Shown: in pieces, positions 1-12,509 of the stretch | Layout: each line of letters begins with the position of its first letter | Numbering within the stretch: position 1 is the first letter of the stretch | Assembly: GCA_038087875.1 (NCBI GenBank) | Contig: JAXLNO010000140.1 | Span: forward strand, 124,001-188,000 | DNA: 64,000 bases | Source of the DNA: Malacoraja senta | Lineage: Eukaryota | Reading direction: 5' to 3' | Notes under the pieces: model-generated | Told to the model about the DNA's origin: nothing | Databases searched by the model: none | The model's input: the letters and a program-made list of their open reading frames with translations, nothing else | Made by a program: the position numbers and the translations under genes

Positions 1-75
1 ACGTTTTTTTGTTTCCTCTGGGTATGCGAATACTCAGGAAATGACAATAAAGATATACAATACAATACAATACAA
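1..75 (+). mobile_element. 3' tail of a non-LTR retroelement, (TACAA)n microsatellite tail
   Basis: AATAAA followed by TACAA repeats, abutting the CR1 fragment. Confidence 0.45.
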
Positions 76-1013
76 TTACACCAATTAATGTCTTCTTGCC
101 TTTACAATTCCTCAACTCAATCCACAGTGACTCTACCTCGTCAGTCCCTATGTCTTCCCTCGCAAGGGACTGAATTCCATCCCTCACCAGCAGAGCTACC
201 CCCCCTCCTCTGCCCACTTGCCTGTCCTTTCTATAGGATGTATAACCCTGAATATTAAGTTCCCAGGCCCGATCCTTCTGCAGCCACGTCTCAGTAATCC
301 CCACAATGTCAAATCTACCAACCTCTAACTGAACCTCAAGCTCATCTACTTTACTTCTTATACTTCGCGCATTCATATACAATATTTTTAATTCCTTACG
401 CATCTCACCTTTCACATCGATCCCTATTACACTTGGGCATACTCTCCTATCCCTTTGTGAGCTTCCTTTCCCGTTAATTCTGGGGTCATTAACCATCCCT
501 TTACTCTCTTTCCCTTTAACTCCATCCTCGACTATCCCATTTGACACCCCACCCCCCTTATTCAGATTAAAACCACCCGTGTAGCAGTGGCAAACCTGCC
601 TGCCAGAATGCTGGTCCCCCACCTGTCAAGATGCAATCCGTCCCCTTTGTACAGTTCCCCCTTACTCCAAAACAGATCACAGTGATCTAACAATCTAAAT
701 CCCTGCCCCCTACACCAGTTCCCCAGCCACACATTCAGGTCCCGATAACAACCCTGGAGGTCCTGCTTTTCAGCATTTTTCCAAGCTCTCTAAAGTCACG
801 CTGCAGAATATTCATCCCATTCTTTCGGACATCGTTTGTGCCGACATGCACTGCCACTTCCAGCTGTTCACCTTCGCCCTTGAGGATTTTCTGCACTCTG
901 TCCGTGACATCCTGGATCCTGGCAACAGGAAGGCAGCACACCATCCTCGAATCACGTCTGTTCCTGCAGAAACCCATGTCCGTACCTCTCACAATGGAGT
1001 CTCCAACTACAAT
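76..1013 (-). mobile_element. CR1 LINE fragment: ORF1 SGNH esterase domain plus start of ORF2 APE endonuclease
   Basis: ORF 735..1049 has IVVGDSIVR...VCCLP.ARIQDV...VHVGTND (CR1 ORF1 esterase). Further along the minus strand it reads LKILYMNARSIRSKVDELEVQLEVGRFDIVGITETWL (APE N-terminus). Confidence 0.9.
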
Positions 1014-1939
1014 GGCGTACAGGTGTAAGAAGGTATGGTGAGAAGCCAAGAGTTAGGAGTGTGAGATAGATCAGCCATGGTTGAATGGTGGAGTAGACTT
1101 GATGGGCCGAATGGCCTCATTCTACTCAAATTCCCGATGAACTTATGACAGGTGGTTAACAAAGTAACTCCAGTCTTACAATCTCACTGTGTAGGAAGGA
1201 ACTGCAGATGCTGGTTTAAACTGAAGATAGACACAAAATGCTGGAGTAACTCAGCGGGACAAGCCCCTTCTTCAGACTGAGAGTGAGTGGTGAGGGAGAC
1301 ACAGAGATAAGGGATCGCACTACCTTTGCCCCATGTTCAAGAGACAAGAAAGAGGAAGACAGTGCAGATCAGTAGGTGACTCAGGAGCTGGTGCAGGAGG
1401 TGGGGGCTTCAGACATAGTCATACAGCATGGAAACAGGCCCTCTGGCCCAACTTGTCCATGCCCATGCCCCATACACTCGTACTACCAGCCTGTGTTTGA
1501 CCCATATCCCTGTAAACCTGTCTTATCCATGTACCTGTACACATGAATGTTCAATGTTATCATAGACTTTGTCTTTGGAACTGATGTGTTACAATGCTGG
1601 GAGATATATTCTACACTCTGTATCTTGCACTTTGCTCCATCTGTTGTACTCGTTTGACTTGATTGTGTTTAGTTTCAGTATATCCTTATCTGATTATATA
1701 GCATGCAAAACAAAGCTTGACACTACCTCGGTACATGGGCAGAGCATTCAATAGGAAAGGTGCATTCAATCTGATGGGATTCTGTAGGTTTCCCAAAAGC
1801 CAGCTGAGGAACAGCAGAGGAACTGTGACAAGTCTCAGGTGATGCTTTGCTATGTCATGAGCTCAGTAAATGATAGAGTCGTTGAGAGTGTTGCACAATA
1901 GAGTACAGTTGTACGACAGGAAGGTGACATCAGATATAC

Positions 1940-2280
1940 ATGTACTGAGATGGACAAGGGCTGATTAGGGATAGTCAGCACAGATTTGTATGTGGGAGAT
2001 CGTGTCTCACCAACCTGATTGAGCTTCTTGAAGATGTGACCAAAAACGTTGGTGATGACAGAGCTGTCGACGTTGTATATGTGGATTGGAGCAATGGTAT
2101 TTAACAAGCATCCACATGGTAGGTAAGGTAAGATTGCACTTACCTTCCACATGCTCTGGAAGGTAAGATTGCAAGGGATCCAAGGAGAGATAGCTGAATG
2201 GATAAAAACTTGGCTTCATGGAAGAAGAGGGTGATGGTGGAAGTTTGTTTTTCAGACGGGAGGCCTGTGACTAGTGGTGA
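1940..2280 (+). mobile_element. Degenerate CR1 RT fragment
   Basis: Similar to the other CR1 copies in the window (gatagtcagca...gtctcaccaacctgattgag...cctgtgactagtggtg). Confidence 0.7.
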
Positions 2281-2339
2281 GAACGTACAAGGCATGAGCA
2301 GCAAATTTGCTGCTGAGACTTATTGATTAGTAGGATTGG

Positions 2340-2960
2340 ATGTTACAATCCCTAAGGTTTTTCACTACAATTGACATTCCTGGGGATGACCACTAGGTGA
2401 TTTTGCTACCAATCCGACACATCTTCAGTTGTGTACCTCAACGTCACTGGGTGTTTCGGCCTTTTATCACAAGACATCCTCAGTCGAGGCAGGCCCACCG
2501 CAGGGTGATCAGCCCTGGGCGTGTGTCTTATGGTTAGCCTCTAGATGGTCACGTGGCAGCCCAGACAGCATCTTTTCTCTTCAGCCACAGCCAGTGACTG
2601 CTCCATTCGGCTTTTTTCCTTCCATCTTCCTGTCTACCGCTGACTGTGGCTGGTTGGGCTCTGGACTCGTGTCCGTTGGTGGGTCAGTACTTGGTTGAGC
2701 TTCACCTGGGGTGCTGATACCCTGTGGACTGTGGTGGTTAACCTGCCACTGGGCTTCACTCGACTGATTTGACCTACCTCTTAGAAGGTAATGGTCAATG
2801 TGAGGCCCCACACCAAGCTCTCCCAGGCACTTTTCACTGCCCTGGTGGATCTTGTAACCCTTCTCTCATGTTATCTTTTCCCAGCCACAGATGCAGCTTC
2901 ATAGCTTATGTCCTGCCAGGGCTGCTGCTCTGTCAATTACTGTGCTAGTTGTCTTATTCA
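2340..2960 (-). mobile_element. Possible Hero/R2-group non-LTR relic
   Basis: Minus strand reads SCICGWEKIT*EKGYKIHQGSEKCL, resembling the CxCG...IHQ...C N-terminal motif of Hero-like elements. Heavily decayed. Confidence 0.3.
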
Positions 2961-3074
2961 TAGTTGATTCCTTCCGTAGCAATCTAAGGGTGGATCCAAA
3001 ATGCTGATTAGCGATGGATCTTGCAGGCATGAGGAGCTAGCCCATGCCAGCCCCGGTGGGGTCCATTCCCTCCG

Positions 3075-3695
3075 GTCAGCAGTGGGTGGTATTGGAGATA
3101 CTGAAAATGTTGTGAGAAATTGCAGCAAGATGTTGATCGGTTGGGCAGGTGGGCTGAGGAATGTCTGATGGAGTTTAATACAGAGAAATGTGAGGTGTTG
3201 CATTTTGTGAAGTTTAATAAGGGCAGCACCTACACACTGAATGGTTGGGGTGTTGGAAGTGCTGTGGAGGAGAGGGATCTACGAGTGCAGTTACATAGTT
3301 CCTTGCAAGTGGCATGATGGGTAGATATGGTGATTAAAAAGGCATTTGGCACATTGGCCTGCATCAGAGTATTGTGTAGAAGTTGGGAGGTCATGTTACA
3401 GATGTATAAGACGTTGATGAGAACACAGTTAGAGTATTGTGTTGAGTGTTGGTCACCGTGTCATAGGAAATATGTTGTCAAGCTGGAAATGGTGCAGATA
3501 GGTTTTACCAGGCTGTTGCCAGGACATGAGGGCCTGAGCTATAGAGGGAGATTGGGCAGGCTAGGACATTATTCCTTGGAGCGCAGGAGGGTGAGGAGTG
3601 AACTTATAGAGATGTAGAACATCATGAGAGGAATAGATCAGGTAAATACACAGTCTATTGCCCAGATTAGGGAAATCAAGAACCAGGGACATGGG
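3075..3695 (+). mobile_element. CR1 LINE 3' RT fragment, cut off by the Gypsy 5' LTR
   Basis: ORFs 3120..3317 and 3327..3617: QQDVDRLGRWAE, MEFNTEKCEVLHF, LEYCVECWSP, YSLERRR. Confidence 0.9.
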
Positions 3696-3907
3696 TGTAG
3701 ATGAGATGTGCATGTACCTTTAACATAGTGACCTCACCACTACTAACCACTCCCCACATCACCAGTATAATTACAACCTTCCCACCCAGTTCCCTCTCTC
3801 TGGTTCCAGTGACAGACCACGGACAGCTAGGGCAGAAACGTATGTGTATAATGTGTAGTATGAATAAACAGTAGTAAAGAAACAGTGCGTTATGACTCAT
3901 CTTTACA
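3696..3907 (+). repeat. 5' LTR
   Basis: TGTAGATGAG...ATCTTTACA, direct repeat of 8117-8328 (11 mismatches by manual count), contains AATAAA. Confidence 0.95.
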
Positions 3908-4019
3908 TGGTGTCAGCTCCGTACCTATGCGCCTCCTGTTTATCGGGTTTTCTTTCTTTTGAACCATTTTCCTATTATGTTTTTTTATCTCCCGTGCCAC
4001 TTCCTGCCGTAAGCCCGAT

Positions 4020-4895
4020 ATGCTCGTCTTCGACTCGGAAATTGTCCATCGGTGGGGTGTCTTTAGACGTGACTTTCAACACTATGTCACGATCGCCCAC
4101 CCTGCTGCCACCGCTGCCACTCAGGCTTCCCTGCTTCTCAACCTGGCTGGTCCTGATGCCCTGGAACGGGCTGAGTCGTTTGTCTATGCTGTTGGTGAAG
4201 ATGCTCGGGACCCGGTATGTCTTATGGCTAAGTTTACTGCGATGTGCGACATCCCCACTAACTGCATCCTAGAGCGTTTTAAAATGCTCACCCGGCGTCA
4301 GCTCCCAGGAGAGTCAATCGGTAGCTACATCGCTGCACTGCGTCACCTGGCCAGGCGTTGCAGCCTGGACACGCTGATGCCCGATCAACTGACCCGGGAC
4401 ATTATAGTGTATGGTCTTCAAGATGAAAAACTAAGGGCTGAACTTCTGCGGAAGCACGACCTGTCTTTAGCCGATGCTCTGCACGCCTCCCGCATGTCTG
4501 AGGCTGTCGCCTCGGCAGTGTCGTCTGCTGATCATGACATTAACTTTGTCAGTGTTGCTGGTCGCCGGCGAAACGCTGGCCCGCAACGACAACGGGGGTC
4601 CCCCGCGTCAGGGGGTAGCAGCCCACAGCGGTGCCCTAACTGCAACTTTACCTCCCACCAGTCTAATGTGTGCCCTGCACTGGGGAAAACGTGTAATTTT
4701 TGCAGGAGACAAAACCATTTCTCTGCAGCCTGTCGCTCCCGTGGGAAGCCAATTCCTGCTCCTCGCCGAATGTTAAACAACCTTGCTCGAGCTGATAGCG
4801 CACTTGGTTTACAGTGTGACGAACTACCTTCGTCTGATTCGAGTTCCTCCCAGGGGGAGACCAGCATTTTTCGGTGTTGGATGCACCTGCTCTGA
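4020..4895 (+). CDS. gag: Gag with two CCHC zinc knuckles
   Basis: RRQLPGESIGSYIAALRHLA..C motif, plus CPNCNFTSHQSNVC and CNFCRRQNHFSAAC (both C-X2-C-X4-H-X4-C). Confidence 0.92.
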   Translation: MLVFDSEIVHRWGVFRRDFQHYVTIAHPAATAATQASLLLNLAGPDALERAESFVYAVGEDARDPVCLMAKFTAMCDIPTNCILERFKMLTRRQLPGESIGSYIAALRHLARRCSLDTLMPDQLTRDIIVYGLQDEKLRAELLRKHDLSLADALHASRMSEAVASAVSSADHDINFVSVAGRRRNAGPQRQRGSPASGGSSPQRCPNCNFTSHQSNVCPALGKTCNFCRRQNHFSAACRSRGKPIPAPRRMLNNLARADSALGLQCDELPSSDSSSSQGETSIFRCWMHLL

Positions 4896-7800
4896 TAGCG
4901 AACCCCTCGGTTCGCGTTACTGTTAACAGCTCGACCTTCACTGCCAAGCTCGACACGGGGGCCGCGACCAATGTTATGTCAATAGGCCTCTTCAAGAAGA
5001 TAAGGTCTGATGAGAAAATCACTCCCGATCACTCCCTTTTGCATGCCTATGGGGGAGCCGAGCTCGTTCCTGTGGGGTGGGCTACCCTGCACTGCAAGGT
5101 ACTTCATGCCGCTCAGCCCCTCACTTTTTACATACTGGATACTAACGACATCACCCGTTTGGGTGCCCAGGCGTGCCAGGACCTCGGCTTGGTCTCTTTC
5201 CACCGCGATATCCACCAGGTGCGGACCCTTATGGACCCCCTGCACGAATACCCTGACCGTTTTGATGACAAGCTGGGCAAGCTGCCCTGCTGCTACAAGA
5301 TCGTTGTCGACCCCGTTGTTGAGCCTGTGATCCGTCCACCACACCGCGTCTCCTTCGCCATGAAGGACAAGGTGGAGTCAATGCTGCGCGACATGGTTAC
5401 CATGGGCATCCTGAAGGAAGTGAGCGAACCCACCCGGTGGGTCTCAACCATGGTTGTTGCGGCGAAAAAGGACAAGAGTGAAATTCGCATTTGCATCAAC
5501 CCCAAAGACCTGAACCTTGCCATCCGACGCCCTCATTACCCCATGCGAACAGGGGAGGACGTCGCTGCGCAGGTTGGCCCGGCCACTGTCTTCTCGGTTC
5601 TCGATGCCAAGAGCTCCTTCTGGCAGATACCGCTGCACGAGCGGTCCTCCTACTTGACTACCTTCGGCACACCTTTCGGCAGGTACCGTTTCCACCGCAT
5701 GCCATTTGGGATCAACTCTGCCAGCGAGGTCTTCCAGCGGACGATGGAGCAGCTGTTCATCGGTCTGCCGTGTGCCATCATCGTTGACGACATCCTGGTC
5801 TACGGTAAAGACGTTGCTGAGCACGATCTCCACCTCCGTCGAGTCCTGCACCGGGCCCGCAAAATCAACCTCAAACTAAACCCAAAGAAGTGCCGGTTCC
5901 GCGTCCCGGAGGTCACCTATGTGGGCCACGTTTTTACCGCATCGGGGCTTAAGCCCGACACGCAGAAGACAGCTGCGGTCTCCGATATGCCTTCGCCCAC
6001 CGACGTGGCCAGCCTACAACGTTTCCTGGGCATTGTTAATTACTTGGGGAAGTTTATCCCCGACCTCAGCGAGCTCAGCGCGCCCCTGATCAAGAAGGAC
6101 ACTGCCTGGGTTTGGTTCCCGCATCACCAGACAGCTTTTGACGTTCTGAAGTCCAGGCTGGCCAGTGCCCCCACTCTCCAATTCTTCGATCTGCGGCGCC
6201 CCGTTGTTCTTACCTGCGACGCCTCCAAGTTCGGTCTTGGTGCTGCCTGTCTGCAGCTCCACGATGGGCTGCAGCTGCCTGTTTCCTACGCGTCCCGCAC
6301 CATGACCCCTGCCGAGCAGCGCTATGCTCAGATAGAGAAGGAGCTGCTTGCTGTGGTGTTTGCCTGCTCCAAGTTCAAGGACTATATTCTGGGAAACAGC
6401 TTCACGATCGAAACCGACCATCAGCCGCTGGTCTCTATCCTCAACAAGCCCATCCACGTTGCCTCGTCCCGGTTGCAGCGCATGATGCTACAGCTCCAGC
6501 TTTTTTCGTTTAAAATTGTGTATCGCAAGGGCAAGGACATGTTCGTGGCCGACACGCTGTCCCGCGCACCTCTAACGTCCACTGATCGCCATCCATATGA
6601 ATCGTCCGACCTGATGGTGCTTAACGTCAACATCATGCCTTCCCAGCAAATGCAGTCCCTGGTCAGCAACACTGCCAAGGACCCTGCCCTGCAGCAGCTT
6701 GCCGACGTCATCAGGCAGGGCTGGCCAGACTGTCGTTCATCCTTGCCGCCTGGGGTCGTGCCCTACTTCCTGATCCGTGACGAACTCGTGCTGCATGACG
6801 GCGTGGTCGTGAAGGGACACAAGGTCGTTGTGCCTGCTGCCCTGCGGGACCAATACTTTCATACCGCCCATCGCGGTCATCCTGGGGCCGAGGCAACCCT
6901 GTCTCAGGCCCAGAGTTTGTTCTACTGGCCCGGCATGGCCCAAGACATCCGGGATAGGGTCTCCGCTTGCTCTGTCTGCAATAGCCTCGCTCCCCATCAG
7001 CAACGGCAGCCGCTTCTGCAACAGCCTGCCCCCGAGCTGCCCTGGATGACCATCGCCGCTGACATTTTTGAGTGGCGTGGAAAGCATTTCCTGGTTCTTG
7101 TGGACTCATACTCCAGCTGGTTCGAGGTTGACCAGCTGCACTCCCTCACCTCTTCAGCCGTTATCAGGAGGCTGCGCCGCCACTTCGGAACCCATGGCAC
7201 CCCGGCAAGTCTTCAATCGACAACGGCGGCCAGTTCTCGAGCGCAGAATTTCGGAGTTTCGCTGCCAGCTGGAACTTCCGACTATACCAGCAGCCCAGAG
7301 TACCCACAAAGCAACGGCTTGGCAGAGCGCGCTGTCCGCAGTGCTAAGGACTTGCTGGAACATTGTAGACTGTCCCATTCTGATTTTTACTTGGCCCTCC
7401 TCAATCTTCGAAACATTTGCCGCGACACTGCCTTGGGCTCCCCAGCACAACGGCTGATGTCTCGCACTACGAGACCTCCGATCCCGGTGACCCAGCGGTC
7501 CCTCGTTCCCTCTGTCCTCCGTCCCGCTGCCGTCCAGGAGCGCAATGCCCTCAAACAAGAAATCCAACGGCGCTCACACGACAAGTCTTGTCGTCCTCTC
7601 CCGCATCTGCTCTCAGGACAAGTCGTCCGAATGCAATCCCCCTCCGGTCACCCCAGGCTTGCCATCGTCGTCGGTACTGCTGGTTCGCCGCGGTCCTACC
7701 TTGTCGACCATGACGGTACCATTTACCGCCGGTCCCGGCAACATCTGCGGCTTGTTAACGAGCCACCACCGCTGCCTGCGGATCCCTTTCCCCCCCCCAC

Positions 7801-8036
7801 TGTCGACAACGCTGCCTGCCCCTCCGGCCAGTCCTCCCTCGCCTGCCCGTCTTCCCGCTACTGCTCCTGCTTCCCCTGCTCCTTCTCCGTTTTCTCGTTC
7901 TCCTCCCGGTTCCCCGGTTCCCTCCCCCGCGCCGGCTCCTGCTCATGCTCCGCCTGCAGAAGGGGGGGATGGCGAAATGCGTACCCGGTCCGGGCGGGTG
8001 GTCAGGCCGCCTATCCGTTATGGTGAATTTGTTTAA
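4874..8036 (+). CDS. pol: Pol (protease, RT, RNase H, integrase), with frameshifts in the integrase and the C-terminus
   Basis: KLDTGA protease, RMPFG and IVDDILV RT, DAS/EKE/TDH RNase H, HRGH...CSVC and YPQSNGLAER integrase. The natural end TRSGRVVRPPIRYGEFV is in another frame (ORF 7545..8036). Confidence 0.93.
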
Positions 8037-8116
8037 CTGTTTGCTCACCTGCTCGTAGCGTATGAGACGTGGTCGCCCTGTCACTTCGCATTGCTTATTA
8101 TTTCCAAGGGGAAGGA

Positions 8117-8328
8117 TGTAAATGATATGTGCATGTACCTTTAACATAGTGACCTCACCACTACTAACCACTCCCCACATCACTGGTATAATTACAACCT
8201 TCCCACCCAGTTCTCTCTCTCTGGTTCCAGTGACAGACCACGGACAGCTAGGGCAGAGCAGTATGTGTATAATGTGTATTATGAATAAACAGTAGTAAAG
8301 AAACAGTGTGTTATGACGCATCTTTACA
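8117..8328 (+). repeat. 3' LTR
   Basis: TGTAAATGAT...ATCTTTACA, direct repeat of the 5' LTR. Confidence 0.95.
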
Positions 8329-8493
8329 GTTTAGCGCTGTTTCTCTGCGCTGGCTGTGGGCCTGGGGGGCACTGCACCTGTCTGACTCCCGACCAAAGAT
8401 CCTATAGCGGAGGATCGTTGCTGCCGACCTCTCTGGCCACCCGTGGGGGGGGGCACTCGGGACAGCACCGGAGACCCGGCCGGAACCCGGCGC

Positions 8494-8952
8494 AACTACA
8501 GAAGGACCTCTTTGCTCCAAAACTCAACTCCTCTTGTTATGAAGGCCAACATGCCATTCACTGCCTGTTGTACCTGCATGCTTACTTTTATTAACTGATG
8601 AACAAGGAACCCCAGATCCCGTTGTACTTCCCCTTTTCCCAACTTGACACCATAATCTGCCTTCCAGTTTTTGCTACCAAAATGGATAACCTCACATTTA
8701 TCCACATTAAACTGCATCTGCCATGTATCTGCCCACTCACCCAACCTGTCCAAGTCACCCTGCATTTTCATAGCATCCTCCTCACAGTTCACACTGCCAC
8801 CCAGCTTAGCGTCATCTGCAAATTTGCTAATGTTACTTGTAATCCCTTCATCTAAATCATTGATGTATATTGTAAATAGCTGCGGTCCCAGCACCGAGCC
8901 TTGCGGTACCCCTGCCTGCCATTCTGAAAGCGACCCGTTAATCCCTACTCTT
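8494..8952 (-). mobile_element. CR1 RT fragment
   Basis: ORF 8496..8894: LGPQLFTIYINDLD...SKFADD. Confidence 0.9.
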
Positions 8953-9217
8953 TGTTGGCCCTACTAATATAATTTTACATGACAGCAACTATGATGAACA
9001 GTTTTGGCTCCGGAAATCATGTGGTGGAATAGACAACAAATAATAGGTGCAGGAGTAGGCCATTCGGCCCTTCGAGCCAGCACCACCATTCAATGAGATC
9101 ACGGAGAAGAGAGAAGATAAATAAAAAATGTCAACGAAAAAGAGCACTTCACAAAAGGGAAATCACATATTTGTGGACAACTTCAGTCTTCATATAGAAA
9201 GGAAACAAAATGCTGTA

Positions 9218-9645
9218 TTCACTGGAGTTCAGAAGGATGAGGGGGGAAGTCTTATAGAAACATATAAAATTATAAAAGGACTGGACAAACTTGATGCAGG
9301 AAAAATGTTCCCAATGTTGGGCGAGTCCAGAACCAGGGGCCACAGTCTTAGAATAAAGGGGAGGCCATTTAAGACTGAGGTGAGAAAAAAGTGTTTTCAC
9401 CCAGAGAGTTGTGAATGTGTGGAATTCCCTGCCACAGAGGGCAGTGGAGGCCAAATCACTGGATGGATTTAAGACAGAGTTAGATAGAGCTCTAGGGGCT
9501 AGTGGAATCAAGGGATATGGGGAGAAGGCAGGCATGGGTTATTGATTGGGGACAATCACCCATGATCGCAATAAATGGTGGTGCTGGCTCGAAGGGCCGA
9601 ATGGCCTCCTGCTGCCCCTATTTTCTATGTTTCTACGTTTCTATG
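9218..9645 (+). mobile_element. CR1 3' end with (TTCTATGT)n tail
   Basis: LIETYKIIKGLD...RTRGHSLRI, the 3' UTR gggccgaatggcct, and an 8-mer tandem tail. Confidence 0.9.
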
Positions 9646-11150
9646 GATGTTCAGTCACTCTACACCCACATCCCCCACCAGGAGCGTCTTAAAGATCTCC
9701 GTGTCTTCCTCGACCACAGAACCAACCAATCCCCGTCTACTGATACTCTCCTCCGCCTCCTCCAACTTTTCCTTTGACTCCTCCCATTTCCTCCAAATCC
9801 AAGGCGTAGCTATGGGCACGCGCATGGACCCCAGCTATGCCTGCCTCATTGTAGACTATGTCAAACAATCCTGGTTCGAGACGTACCGTGGCCCTATCCC
9901 CGAACTACCTCCGCTACATTGATGACTGCATTGGTGCTACTTCCTGCACCCATGCACAACTCACTGACTTCATCCATTTCACCACTAACTTCCATCCGGC
10001 ACTCAAATTCACCTGGACCATTTCCGACATCTCCTTCCCGTTTCTAGACCTCACTATCTCCATCGCCGTTAACAAACTACTGACCGACATCTACTATAAA
10101 CCCACTGACTCCCATGGCTATCAGGACTACACTTCTTCCCACCCTGCTTCCTGTAAGGACTCTATCCCCAATTCCTCCTTCTATGCCGCATCTGCACCCA
10201 GGATGAGGTGAGGGCATGGGAGATGTCCTCATTCTTTAGGGAACAGGGATCCCCTCTTTGACTATAGATGAGGCTCTCACCAGGGTCTCTTCTATACCCC
10301 GTAACTCGGCTCTCACTCCCCATCCCCGCACTCGTAACAAGGACAGAGTCCCCCTTGTCCTCACCTTCCACCCTACCAGCCATCACATACAACAGACAAT
10401 CTTCTGACATTTTCGCCGCCTCCAACGGGATTCCATCACTTGCCACATCCCATCTCCTCCCCTTTCGGTTTTTGGCAGAGACCGCTCCCTCCGTAACTCC
10501 CTGGTCAATTCGTCCCTTTCCACCCAAACCACCCCCTCCCCTGGCACTTTCCCTTGCAGCCGCAGGAAATGCTACACTTGTCACTTTACCTCCCCACTTG
10601 ACTCCATCCAAGGACCTAAGCAGTTTTTCCAGGTGCGGCAGTGGTTCAACTGCACCTCCTCCAACCTCATCTATTGCATCCGCTGCTCTAGGTGTCAGCT
10701 GCTCTACATCCGTGAGACCAAGCGTAGGATTGGCGATCGCTTCGCCCAACACCTCTGCTCAGTTCGCAATAACCAATCTGATCTCCCGGTGGCTCAGCAC
10801 TTCAACTTAACCTCCCATTCCGAATCCGACCTTTCTATCCTGGGCCTCCTTCATGGCCAGAATGAGTCCAACCGCAAATTGGAGGAGCAGCACCTCATAT
10901 TTTGCTGGGGTAGTTTACACCCCAGCGGTACGGATATTGACCTCCAATTTCAGGAAGTCCTTGCTTTATCTCTCTTTCCCCTCCGCTTCCTAGCTCTCCC
11001 ACAGCCCACTGTCTCCGCCTCTTTCTTTCTTCTTCCCGCCCCCCCCACCCCCACATCAGTCTGAAGAAGGGTCTCGACCCGAAACGTCACCTATTCCTTC
11101 GCTCCATAGATGCTGCCTCATCTGCTCAGTTCCTCCAACATTTTTATCTA
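9642..11150 (+). mobile_element. Penelope-like element (RT + GIY-YIG endonuclease + pseudo-LTR), frameshifted
   Basis: MDVQSLYTHIP, GVAMGTRMDPSYACL, YLRYIDD, FLDL RT motifs. NLIYCIRCSRCQLLYIRETKR..RFAQH GIY-YIG/CCHH region. 3' pLTR with hammerhead core. Confidence 0.92.
11053..11092 (+). ncRNA. Minimal type-I hammerhead ribozyme motif of the Penelope pLTR
   Basis: CTGAAGA-A-GGGTC(TC)GACCC-GAAA-CGTC: conserved core, 5-bp stem II, palindromic mini stem III, GUC site. Confidence 0.7.
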
Positions 11151-11575
11151 CAACAATTTGATTAATATTTTTGGTGATATAAGTTGGTCATTCTGATCAT
11201 ATTAATAATCCTCAAAGCAATACTCTCTTACTTTCACTTCCTTTATAATGTCCCAATGTATCCAGCAAAGTGCCTTAGCTAAATTGGGCATGAACCACAC
11301 TTCCTTCAAACAGTCACTGTCAGTTTACTGGGGAATCAATGTCAGATTCCAATGTCTGACAAAATTCCAGAAGTTAACAACAATTATTATGGAAAGTAAT
11401 TGTGATTAATGTTAAAATAAAAATTAGTTGATGAGCGAACACAAGTCTGTGCTCTTGAACCAAAGCCTGCATTGTTCCACCATTGCCCTGGCTACCAATG
11501 CACCGTGCCATCACTACAATGCTCCTAATGAAATATGGTTACTCTGAAGAAATAGATTGGTTACTTTGGACATAC

Positions 11576-11710
11576 AAAGGTAATCGTCATCATGGAGCTC
11601 CCCTTCTGTGTAAATTATTCTCTCTTTATTTCGTAAATTATAACTTATATTTTCTGTCTCTTTGGTCATTTCCTCGCTTGTGGATCCCGAAGTCTTTCTG
11701 GTGGAGACAA
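11576..11710 (-). pseudogene. PRDM9: PRDM9-like SSXRD exon (phase 1/1, 135 nt)
   Basis: tttttccag| VSTRKTSGSTSEEMTKETENISYNLRNKERIIYTEGELHDDDYL |gtatgt. Confidence 0.88.
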
Positions 11711-11929
11711 CTGGAAAAAGAAAGCCAAAAATAAACCTAATTACATTGTTTCGTCAGTTAAGTGGTTGACCTGTAAAATATGGAAGTTAGTTACATAATA
11801 TGCAACATGGTCTATGAATTGAATTTAAATGACATGGTGGTAGTCAGATGGTCATTATCTCATCTCAATTATTTACTGTAATGCACAGGAGTCACTCATT
11901 TTGAGTTTCACTTTTACAAACAGAAGTAC

Positions 11930-12053
11930 CTGTTGCTCTTTTGATTCTTTTAACCAACACTGTGCCTTCCTTCGTTTCTTCAGTGGCTCCTCCCAAATCT
12001 CTTTTGTCCTCCCCTGTATATGACGTGAGCTGTGATGAGACATTTTGTTGAAA
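11930..12053 (-). pseudogene. PRDM9: PRDM9-like linker exon (phase 0/1, 124 nt)
   Basis: cacag| FQQNVSSQLTSYTGEDKRDLGGATEETKEGTVLVKRIKRAT |gtactt. Phases fit both neighbours. Confidence 0.65.
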
Positions 12054-12509
12054 CTGTGATTCATAAGGACACAAATAAATTGTTACTACTTCTTCTCGAT
12101 TATTTCTTCCATCGCATTATTAACTGAGATACTCAACTCAACTACTAATAAAAGCAGTAACTGCCTAGTGTGTAATATTTCATTGAGCTCTCACCTTTCA
12201 TACTCTACTCTGAAATGAAGTTTGATATTGTCAGCAAATGTGGGAAAATGTGGGAACAATTGATCACTTTCAACAATATATATATATTTGTGAATGTTAG
12301 CACCTGACTCCACAGCAGTGATGACGATTTTTCTAAACAGCAGTAATTTCTGTCATGTAGAAAATAAAATGCTAATGTAGAACCACTGTTAATTCATAAA
12401 AGCGTATTCTCACTTCTCCTTTATGCTGGGAATAATTTCTGTTCTTACCTTTATGACAAGATTTCTTTTGGTATTCTTGCCATTTTCATTCTTAAAAGGA
12501 GGCCTAAAG

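Larger units (their letters stand above)
3696..8328 (+). mobile_element. Gypsy/Ty3 LTR retrotransposon (Mag-clade-like), near full length, defective
   Basis: 212-bp LTRs at 3696-3907 and 8117-8328 (TG...CA). TGG-starting PBS at 3908, polypurine tract GGGGAAGGA before the 3' LTR. Gag followed by PR-RT-RH-IN domain order. Confidence 0.97.

Noticed and set aside
4860..4895. Programmed -1 ribosomal frameshift between gag and pol
   Set aside because: No X-XXY-YYZ heptamer in the gag frame. Adding one T to the T5 run gives a continuous SIFSVLDAP, so a 1-nt deletion is simpler.
9140..9210. Possible remnant of the PRDM9 zinc-knuckle/PR-SET exon (YED..., FCEV...)
   Set aside because: Only a few scattered residues, no valid acceptor, and no HGP or FGPY motifs.
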